Assembly: GCA_051362555.1 (NCBI GenBank)
Contig: CM120645.1
Location: 24,394,934-24,458,933 of the forward strand
Direction: 5' to 3'
DNA from: Lingula anatina
Lineage: Eukaryota; Animalia; Brachiopoda
DNA length: 64,000 nt
The notes under the pieces were generated by a model. That model did not search any database. It was not told the DNA's origin and worked only from the letters and a program-made list of their open reading frames with translations. The position numbers and the translations under genes were made by a program. The first letter of the stretch is position 1. Every line of letters begins with the position of its first letter. Positions 24,351 to 35,171 of this stretch are shown here, one piece after another.

Positions 24351-27300
24351 TAGAGAATTTGTCATTTCTGTAAGTTTGACTTCAGATTATGTTGACGGTC
24401 AATTCCTCAGTGATAATTAAAATTAAATCATTAGATATTGTTAGTAAAATTATTCATTCAAATTCTGTTATAATTACAGCAAAGACAAGATAAGCCTGAC
24501 TTAACACTGCACACTGGAAGAACTAAGAGAGAAAGAAGGTGACGTAAAGAGCACTTGAAAAGACCTACAGAACAGTCTGCTCCTGCGCATAGGATGGGTA
24601 TTATAGTGCTAGGCTTTCAAGATTTATGTTTTATTAACTGTTTTAAAATTGTTATTGCAAAGAGTCAGGCAAATAATCTGTATTAAAAATACAGAAAGTC
24701 TATAATTTATTAGCAGTTTAAAGAATGGCTTTATAGTGAATTGAAGATATTTAAATAGACATTAATTGGGGAAAAGAACTCGCCATTCAAGTTAAGGCCA
24801 TGGTTACTGATGTTAGTGTTTGGAATGACAATAATTTTAATGCTGAGCTAGAAAATATACTTGGAGATAATATTTTGATTCAAAAGAAAAGAATTAATGG
24901 CAGTATTGGGCATAATAGTACAACAGCCATCCTCGGTTAATTTGTTTTATTTCTATTGATCAGTCAGTTGTTACCTTCAGTGTATCACCTTCCTTAACGG
25001 TTTGTTGTTCAAAAGGTTCCATCTAGGCAGGGTATTTGGTTATGGCCAGCAGTGTGACTTTCCTGCCTTTCATTCCACACAAATTTTCCAAATTCTTTGC
25101 TAAAATTTTGTTGCTTAAAAATTCATACTTTTAATTGTGTAACTCCGACAAATTTTTCAAAATTATGTTTCTCTGACTCCTGGGATTGGCTAAGTCTTCA
25201 AAACTCCAACTTTCTGGCTTTTATCCTTATCAGCTTTTATCCTTGTCCCTCATATATTGTGGATATATATATATCCAAAAACACTTTCTGGTAATAAATA
25301 ATAATCTATTTATTAGTGCATCCTGATTAAGTTATATTAACTTAACCCAAAAAGAAAGTTGAGAATTGTCTTTTTGGTAAGAACTATGCTGGCCCTGGTA
25401 CACTGTGAAAGTGTCTGCCAGTCCCTTCGTGAATGACATTGAAAAAGCCACTGACGTGGCACTGGCACCACATAGTATAGCTCCGTATTAATTTGAGCAT
25501 CTCTGTTCTCTTTGATTGCTGTTTTTATTTCTTCTTCAAACCCCTCTGGAATTTCTTCTGCACCTTGACCATCAGTTAAAAAACTTGATTATGTAGTTTC
25601 CATTTACTATTGTCTGTCCGTCATATGTATAAAAAGTGCATCATTGTGCAATGATAAAATATGTTTTTATTTCTTCTTCAAATCTCTCTGGAATTTCTTC
25701 TGCCCCTTGACCATCAGTTGAAAAAACTTGATTATGTAGTTTCCATTTACTTATTGTGATTGATATCCATTTCAGTAGACTAAGAGTCTTCTGACAGTAG
25801 GTCTTGTATTGGTATCTACATCTAAAACCCCTAAATACATTCTCCGGGGGTTGGTGGGGTGGGGGTGGGGGTTACTCCACCAGTGCAATGGTCTTTTCCT
25901 CTCCCTCTTCCTGATAATTGACACCTCAGATTCCTCTTCTCCGACTTCTCCTCATATACGATTTTATCCCTGTTGTCATCTTTTGTATTAGAGGTATTAG
26001 AAGTTTTCAAATTCATGTCTTCATTGGGGATACTTATTGTTTTGTGACAGACTTTTAACTGTTTGCAAAATTTTGTCCTGTATATTTATTGCATGTTTTG
26101 ATGTAGCTTTGTATAGAAATTAACATATTCTTGAGCACTTTTCTCCTCATGAGAAGAAAATTTTCTTGTTGTGTCTCAGTGTCACAGAATTTTCTTTGCC
26201 GCTTCAGTATAATGTCAAACAAATATGGAAGTAACCAAAGGCCCAATTATTTTATTCTCAGTGGTGCATTTGGTTTTTTTTTTTTTTCTATATTTGTTAA
26301 GTTTAAGATCTCTGATTACGAACAGTTGAAGTTCAATCATATGAGTACAATTTTTATGTGCTTGTGTCTTTCTCTCTTTTCTCCACCTTTGTGATCTTTG
26401 GCAAAGCACAATTAGTTGGATGTATCCTGAACATCTTTGTCTGAACAGTCACAGGAGAGTTTTTGTGCTACACCTACAAATTAAGATAAAATCACTTGAA
26501 ATATAAAGCTGGAAATGGCATTGTAGAAATTCAGTGTTACACTAGCAGAACAGAACTCCACATGGAATCAGTCTTTAATTGCATTTTTAGCACAAACACA
26601 CAGACAAGTACATTTCATTACAGTGATTCACTATCATTCTGATACTGGGTCTCTGTTTGCCTTGCAGAGTGTTAACTGCTCTTGCTCTGCGTTGCCCACA
26701 CTGAATGTAAGTGGCCTATAGGTGATTCATCATAAAATGGTGATTAGCGACGCATTGCTTTTCTCATTCTAAGTGTCGGAAGTGTATATGAAATGTTGAA
26801 ATATTGCATAATAGTCTAGTGAATTATGAAAACTAAGGTAAAATTTACCCTCACTCATCATTTGCTTGTATTCTTCATCACTGGGGATGTGAAGAAATTG
26901 CCGAGGCTGAGGCATTACAGTAGCTTCTTCTTGCACAAGTTTGGCCTGCTGCTCAGCATCCTCAAATCCTTCATCCTCATTTTCCAATTCGGTTTCAACT
27001 TCTGTATCCATTTCGTCATCTTGTATCAGCTGTTCTACTGTTTCACCAAAACTGGGAAATTCCTTTCCTGTCTGGCTGTATAAGTATTGAATGCCAACAG
27101 GCTCACCTATAAATACAGTAAACCTCGCGTAAGTCTACATTTTCACCACCGAAAATTGTTAGTCGATTTAGGCACTTTAACAACTTAGGAATGGCGATTT
27201 AGCTAAGGGCAATATGAATAGGGACCTTTTCAACCAAGTCGGCACAAACGGAACTCGAGATCAACATGAAGAAAACCGAGCTGATGACCTTAAACACTAA

Positions 27301-29795
27301 TAAATAATGTAAAAGAGAGGGACTGAAATTAATAATATATATACATATATACCCAAACTATTTTTACAAACCTGTGTATTTTGCAGGTGGCTTGTATTTT
27401 TCAAAAAATGGTCGTCCACAGACTTCCTCCCACAGCTGATTAATATTTGCTTTAATGGCCCACTGTATGTTCTTGGATGAACGGTGCCCTGGTGGTCAGA
27501 GGTGACTGCATCAGCAGACCTATCTGCATTCCATTGGAATAAACCATCCAGGAGGTACACCTGGAAATTCGTATCTTTCGCAAGTGATCCTACCAAAAAA
27601 AAAAAATGAAATGATTGAGTAAATGAGCATTACATATGATTACTTACTAGTTTACAACATATTATTGCTTTGATAATCAACATATACAAATATGATTAAT
27701 ATTTCTATATTGCTGGAAAATTGTAAAAAATCCTTATTTTTTCGTGTGATTTGTTATGATTTTTGCGTCACTGTTCACACATTATTCTCAGTTGCAGGGT
27801 ACACAAAATTTTAAAAGTTATATTCAACATGGTCACAACATGTTTCAATTAAAGACTTTTATTTCCATACCTGGAATGAATCTGGTCATGTGCAGGTGAA
27901 AGTTTTCAAGTGAAGTAGATCCCCTGGCATATTTGTACACAGGCAGCTCTACACACCCTTTCTTGATGGCGTTGACCTTGACATATAGTTTCACACCAGG
28001 GGGATCCTGGAGACATGAAACATGTGCCTTCTGCTTGGCCCAGATTTCAGCCATCTTGGTTGTTTCTATTAAAGGTACACCACTGCTATCCAGTCCTGAA
28101 AAAGTATTGTTTACATTAGGTCAATTAATTGACTATAAAAAGTCCAACTAGGAAATGTTTATTTACCTGTGAAGGTGTGAATCACAAAATCATTACTTGC
28201 TTGACACTTGAAACTTTTTGTTATTGTTCTCCTTCTGAAGTCAATTTTTTTCTTATCTCAAAAAAATTCATAATGTTGAGATATAATAACACAATGAACA
28301 ATGCATCAAAGATTATCTTTAATATACAGCGAAATGCCCACATTAAAACGGCTCTTATCGCAAAAACAAGTTGATTACTTGCAAGCTTAAGTTTTAAAAG
28401 AATTTAATAGCATTTCTTTGATTTGTATTCATTGGCAAAGTCTTAAAGTAATTTTATCTCATGCATTAAAGGGACAAAAATGTTCTTCCTTTGATTTTTA
28501 TTCAATGTCAAAGTTTTGAAGTAATTCCATTTGATGCATTAAAAGACAAAAAATGTTTTTCATTTGATATTGATTTAAAGACAAAGTCAAAAATCATTTT
28601 CTCTGATGAGTTCAAAGGGAAAAATGTTTTATACTTCCCATTGTAGCAGGGTTTTCTTGTTGAGCAAGGGGAGTTGGATGTCTATGCCTTGCATTACTTT
28701 TTGGGACTTGAGGACCACCTACCTGATGTTGTGGTAGGCCCCAAGGACAAGACGCCATCTTGTCCAAACCCGGCCATCCCGCTTTTGATCACCTGGATAA
28801 ACATTCAGCAGCTTTTCACAAATGGCCTCAGTATATCTGTTGCAGTTTGGTCACTGTGCTGGGCCTTGATTTGGCCCAAGACTCTGAAACATGGCAAATA
28901 GAAAGGATTACGGATAATAAATTGACAATGAAAGGTTATATTCCAATGCTTTCACCTTGAAAAAATGAGATTAACTAGTGAAAATTTACAGATATGAGCA
29001 TTCAGGCTACATGCAGTAATTTATGTCTAATTTATAATGAAATACAGTGAATTTTTGCTACAGTTGTAAAGATCCTTTTTAGTAAACCATTACTCTAGCA
29101 GTACATTACAGTAGCTGGGCTATTCGAATGTCAATTGACATACGGGTGTATGGTAAACACAAATAGATAATATTGAAACTAAAATGGTACTTGGTGTCTC
29201 TATATTTTCTTTGTGTTTGTACTTACTTAGTGATGTTCTCCACGCCTTGCACAACATTCTTCCCCCTCCAGCCAAACTTTCCTGACCATGGCTTCTTTGT
29301 AAACCTCTTGGGGAAGACCATCCTCTTTTTGTCAAAGTCAGACAATTGTGACCACAGGTAGGAAATCCGTTCAGTCTGGTTCAAGCTAAGCACTTGCACG
29401 TCACGCAGTTCTACCAGGAACTCAGCAAGCTGCAGTACCTTGTCATACCTGGGCACATTATCAGGTCCAACAACCTGAAAATAATAAGGCAATCATTTAT
29501 TTTTAACAAGCACTTATTAATTAACATGCTTCAATCTCAAAATACAAGAGAATAGATATAAATTATTTTAATCTTTACAATTTAACGAAAGCATTTCCTT
29601 TAAAAGATCTGGATTAAATATAAAAAAAACCTTTTGCCTGAATATGCCTATAAAGTTAAATAACTACACAAAATGTGGTAAAAGCTGAACACGTGCATAC
29701 TTTATATGCAATACGAATCACTAAGTACACATTACAACTTGTCATCTATTCACAAGAGCAAGGGCAAAGCTTTCAGTTAGAGGATTATGCTGATT

Positions 29796-29797
<2 letters not shown>

Positions 29798-29839
<42 letters not shown>
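29798..29839. repeat. (TA)n microsatellite
   Basis: Direct reading. Confidence 0.95.
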
Positions 29840-29841
<2 letters not shown>

Positions 29842-30086
29842 AATCTGCATAATCACACAATCTTCCTTCCACTTTTGTTCATAAAGTTAGCGATGCATTG
29901 CTTTTCATATTCTAAGTGTCAGAAGTGTATATGAAATGTTGAAATATTGCATAAAAGTCAAGTGAATGATGAAAACTAAGGTAAAATTTACCCTCACTCA
30001 TCATTTGCCTGCATTCTTCATCGCTGAGGCATTACAGTAGCTTCTTCTTGCACAAGTACGGCCAGCTGCTCAGCATCCTCAAATCC

Positions 30087-31040
30087 TGGGGATGTGATTC
30101 TTCAGCACTGGGTGTGAACCTTTTTGGAGACGCAACTGGGCTCGCTCTCGGGGGTGCAAAGTTTCATAACTGGTCATCTTTGGATTTTGTAACATATGGC
30201 TCGCTGACTATGTGCTGGTACGTATGGCATCACTAATTGAGCTATGCAAAATGTCTATTTGTTGGCTTCTTTTGGTCGGCTAAACAGCGTTTTTTGTGGT
30301 GCATCAGAGAATCAAAATCAGAGGGCTCTCTCTGCACTACAAATGGACAGATTTCGGGGAGTAACCCATTCATAACCACTGTAAGGGCCGTTCCCTCATC
30401 TAATCACGCAAGTTTGCCGTCATGACGTATTGCTGTAATGTAATTCTGTACAGGTTCTTCTAGCAGCTGATGACATCTAAAAAATTCTGAAGCTTTCACT
30501 CCACGTTTCTCCGTCTCTCAGTTGGTACTGTGCACAAAACTCGTGGACGAGCAATTCCCAGTTTTTCTGCACTGTAGTTGGTAATGACTCACTATTTGAG
30601 TTAGCAACAGAGGAAACAAGGCGGTGATTTGTGCTTCTTCTAATTTTTTATACTGCGTATAGTTTTCAAAGTGCTTTAACCACCTTTCGACATCTTCATT
30701 TTCGTGACCAGAAAACTTTTCTGGCGTTAAAGATAAATCTGACATCTTCAGCTTTTCTTTTCAGTTGTTAATTGTTGCTGGCAGTAATGACTTATGGCTA
30801 TTTTCAGTACCTAGCATACTCAATTTCCTCTGCGCTGGGGTACTGACGATGTTTGCCCCTTGGTGGATGGTGTAAACCCTTCGGTGTCTACGCTCTTGCT
30901 GCCGTCATCACCATAACTGTATCACCGTTCCACTTGCTTATGTAGAGCGGGGATTGACTTTTTTCCCCCCACCACTTGTTATAGTGAGGGAATAAATGTT
31001 CGAAAGCTCCACACTGCTGACGTAATTCCTCACTATAACA
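30087..31040 (-). mobile_element. Gypsy-type LTR retrotransposon 5' fragment (short LTR, PBS-like site, gag remnant) inserted in a transposase exon
   Basis: The 64-bp segment 31040-30977 is bounded by 13-bp inverted ends, TGTTATAGTGAGG...CCTCACTATAACA. A PBS-like TGGTGG follows 2 nt later. Downstream are gag-like MSDLSLTPEKFSGHENEDVERWLKHFENY and EEPVQNYI..MNGLLPEI..VVQREP. Confidence 0.75.
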
Positions 31041-32291
31041 CGAAGTTATATGTGGCTCTACATCACTGTCTGATGGGCTCAAAAACCCTTGCTGTACAAG
31101 TTCTGCTCTTTTGGCCCTTCTCAGCAGTGCATAGTCACCTTAATCTATCTTAAATATGCAACTACTGAGCTTTGCCATAAAAGGACTGTTTGTCTGTAGT
31201 GCATCCATTTGGGAATCAGCACATAAAGTGCCATAAGTCAAGTCTGAAATGGTGATGATAGAATACAACATTATATTGTTCAAACTCCTATAAAATAGGG
31301 GAAAAGTGAGCAGTTGCTGTTATTTCCCCCATCAGATATTAGGGTTTAAATAATTTACCCTGTACAAAAATTCTTATTCCAATTTCTCAATTTTGTGCTG
31401 TGTTTCCATATTGGCTGTTATCACAAAACAATTCAACATGTATAATTATGTACTTTAAAACAATGTAATCTGTTACAAACTACATACTTTGCATGAAAGA
31501 ATGGCCAGAAACTGAAATACTGCCTGATGCTCTGTCTAATACAGCAGTCTCTGCCTGTCGACAATACCGTCCTGCATATTCCTCAGGCCTTCCCCCTCGC
31601 CTTCAGTGAGCACAGACATAAGCACCTAACCGTGCTTGTTTCCAACATTTGTAGCCCACATTGCAATGCCTCTGCTAGCACTGTAAAGTCAGATTATGAC
31701 ACAATATAGAGGAGAAAGTGTTCATTGATAGCCCATACATAATAATAAGATTACATACTAATACCGTTATGAGCAATCTAATGCTGGAGTAACTTTCCTA
31801 TAATTTTTTCTTTGGTGTTAAGCTTAACTAAGCTTAAAACATTTCTCAACAAAACATGGTTTTGTTTTGTTTTAGCATCATTAATGGAATCACATAATCA
31901 CCTTTGCTTTACTAAAATCCATCTTAAAATTGAAGCCCACCATCATAAATTTTATTTAAAATAATATCACACTGAAAAAGAGAGAAGAATTAATGTACGT
32001 CCATGAACTGCTAGCTCACCTGCAAGCTTATTTGTAATTTTTTTTGTCGAGTCAATTTTGAGAATATCCCCAGTTATAGATGTGAGTTCGGCTAGTTCAT
32101 AGTCCAGTCTTGAGATGACATCCAGTTGGTCCACTTTCATAAACCAGCAGTGTCGTGGGATATCCGTTAAAGGTGGTGGATCTAAAAACTCTGGCATTGT
32201 TACATGTGCCAAGTCCTGATCTCTGCTGCCTTCTTAAAGTCCAAGAAATCGGTGTCATATTGGCGGCACTTGTCCGCTGGAATGCATTAAA

Positions 32292-32600
32292 GGAATGCAT
32301 TCAAACCACTTTGGAAACTGGTCAAACATCATCAAGATATACTCATGTCCTCTGCTAGTTTTTGGTAAAGGTCCAAAAAAATCTAGATATACTCTTTCCA
32401 TTGAAGCATCAGCCTGAAATTTCTTGAGAGGGACTTTTCCCTGTCTTGTTGATTTTTTTGCTCTTGTTGCACTTTGAGCAACCTAAGACAAAAGTTACCA
32501 ATATCACAACCCATGCCATACCAATAAAACCTCTCCTTGAGATGATCCTTGGTCCTCTTAGCACTCGATCCTTGGTCCTCTTGTATTCATCTGGTGTCCT
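32292..32600 (-). mobile_element. Gypsy integrase fragment (zinc-binding region and start of the core)
   Basis: Across frameshifts it reads KRTKDHLKERFYWYGMGCDI..FVLGCSKCNKSK..PLKKFQADASMERVYLDFFGPLPKTSRGHEYILMMFDQFPKWFECIPL. Confidence 0.85.
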
Positions 32601-35171
32601 CTGTATGCTGCTTACACTCTTCTTTATAGGAATATGAGACAACAGTGAAGGATTTACAGAGACCCCTTGAGGTTGCAGCCACTCACACACCAAGGAGGCT
32701 GGCTGTTTTGTCCTCCTTGACCCTGCTTGAGACAATGTCTGCCACCCTGAACAGTACAGTGTAGCCCCTTTGTGGCCACATGTTAGTGAATAGCCAACTG
32801 AACAAAACTCACCACATGGAATGGCTGTAATTTTGTTCATAACCACAAACACCAACTTCACATCCTCAAAATTTGTTGACTGTGAAGGATTACAATATGC
32901 TCTTTTGATACTGAAAATTTTCAAGTCTACACAAGGACTTTACCGCACAGAATGTACAGTCTTTTAATTGTTATGGCCGAGACAGTTTGCAGGTTCTGGA
33001 CAATCTGCTTCAGTACTTTAAAGATAATTTTTTATGTATGATACATTTATATCAGGTTTTTTTCAGCAGATTTGTTGAAAAGTCATTATGTGTGCCGAGT
33101 TTCTTGGGACTTATATTATGGTAAAATTCTTGACATTGTTTATCAGACAATTTGATAGATGGATGAAGCTATGAGTCTGTTCTTTTATCCCAGTGGTTCA
33201 GAGTCCTTATGTCACACAAAAATATGCACTGTGCCTTCTGTGGATAGTGCAGAGCAATTGGATGTCTTAAACGTAACTTTTTCAAGGTCTCTGCTCTAAG
33301 TCCAAATGCTGTGGATCAAGATTGTGGTTCTGATGTAATGGTGTCTTCAGTCTTGACTTTAGTTTTCATCTCTCACATCCTTTCATAATTACGTCTTTTA
33401 TTAACTGATTGTTTTTTTAATGTGGTATGAAGTTTTTGTTCAATTTGGTCATGACTATACCTCCATTTTGTTCTGAATTAATGAATTTTTTTGAAGCTGC
33501 TTTTTACTGACAATCTGTTCCACTGATATACAGTCAATGGACTTAATTTTTGCACCAAAAGCAGTCCAGAAAAGTAAGTACCTTCTGTGCAAATCTTATA
33601 CACCCAACTTTCACACAAAACACATTTCTCCCACTCTATAATTTCTTCTAAAAGGTCTGTTTTGGGGATCTCCCGTCTTTCCTTTTACCTTGTTTTTTCT
33701 TCCTTTCACCAGCCTTTCTGCCCATGCTGGGTGGATAAGGGAAGGTGTCTGTACCAACACTTGTTTCCAAATGTCCAAAAGCTGTTGACTGTTTGCTTTG
33801 TACTATCTACAGTCTGGAGTAAAATGTGACCCGTTGCCTATGCCAGGCCTGGAGTAACTGGCCCAGTAATTCTACTATAACCAATGGTTTATAATGCCCC
33901 AGTAAAAGCCATGCTCTTTTTGGTGCTCTCTTTGTTGGTAAACAAATAACAAAACCTTTGACCATTCATAAGTAGAGCAAATTCTATTATGTGGGCAGTA
34001 TTTATTTTATTTATGTATTTATTTGTTTATTTTATTACCACCTCAAGAGTGAGAGATCAATAGAACTTTATTTTTAGAATTTCCTAGCATGGCTGTTGTA
34101 ATATTGTTTGTGGAAGTACAGGATAAAACAGTTCAGTTTGGAATTTAATTTTTCATCAGTGAACTAGAAATGTTACATATAATTCAATACTGTGCTCATG
34201 AACATAATGGAAATATTGATGTAACATAATTTTATAATTATTTGTTTAAACATTAAAATATTTTTTTAAGAAATAGAATGGAGCAGAAGTCTTTTTTAAT
34301 GTATTTGGTGACAGTACACACTTTTTATATTGAATAAAATTATTTACTAGTAGGATCATTTGTCTTGTCATTTCCCACAGCACATTTTAAATGCCATTCT
34401 TTGGCCTTAGCAACTCACACCAAGGAAGATATCAAATTACACACTTTTTATTAACTTCACATTTCATTTCTTGTCAAAGTGACAAATATTTTAATAGACA
34501 AAGATATAAAACAACTAGTTTTAAACAGCTATGCTGGTGTCCAAAAAAATTACAAAATCCCTGTCTACCTTGAAGTCAGGTCTTCCGTTTGATTTTATCA
34601 CCATGTCACAGACATGCTCTTCCCATACAACAAACTGCATCAAAACATACAGATACCCATTCCAATTGAATGGAGCTTCCTGAATGGAGTTTCTTATAGA
34701 TTCATAAAGGTAAACAAGATCCTATTTTTGTGGCACTTTTGTGCTACGTTGCCATACTCTGAGATGTAGATTACAATACACAAAGAACCATATGTTACTA
34801 GTAAATATAAAATTAAATACACATTCTCAGGTAGGAACTGTTCATATTCAGTCACATGATCTTGTGGTACAATTAGTCATTGCTTTCACTGATGGTAGTC
34901 TATAAGACATAATTTAGTCTACTGTATAAGACTACCACCAAGAGTACAGCACTACAATATGGCCAACAGTGCTCTCAAATTATCCTGTTCAGTTCTGACA
35001 AAACTAGAGCTGCCTATCAGCTGCCACTGTCCTTGAGATTTGGTCACCTAGAACTGTACACGTGGTACCATGCAGAGAAAGAAAACCCTAAAATGTCCCC
35101 CTGTCTACAGGCATGTTCCCACTGTCTACCGAATGGTTGCTGTAATGTTGGTCAGGATTCCCTGCCTGTCA

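Larger units (their letters stand above)
26850..32280 (-). pseudogene. Intron-containing DUF6729-like putative DDE transposase, degenerate and rearranged (two partial copies)
   Basis: Exon remnants: ILKIDSTKKITNKLAG (about 32280-32020); WATNVGNKHG*VLMSVLT..RDCC (about 31680-31500); RLDLWHFM..FMAKLSSCIF..LRRAKRAEL (about 31245-31041); GPDNVPRYDKV (29474-29228); GPAQ*PNCNR..TRWRLVL (about 28883-28635); QDPPGV..RGSTSLENFHLHMTRFIPG (28095-27871); NFQVYLLDGLFQWNADR (about 27590-27372); GEPVGIQYLYSQTG..DEGFED (27107-26850). In-frame stops and frameshifts are present. The family name is from recall of these motifs. Confidence 0.8.

Noticed and set aside
27114-27260. TA-CAGTAAACCTCG end resembling a Tc1/mariner or pogo MITE
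   Set aside because: I could not find the matching second TIR.
28596-28630. CTGATGAG..GAAA as a second hammerhead
   Set aside because: Stem II and stem I do not pair properly, and the site is part of a degenerate AT-rich repeat.
32409-32924. 171-aa ORF as an intact gene
   Set aside because: It is mostly an off-frame reading of a frameshifted Gypsy integrase fragment.
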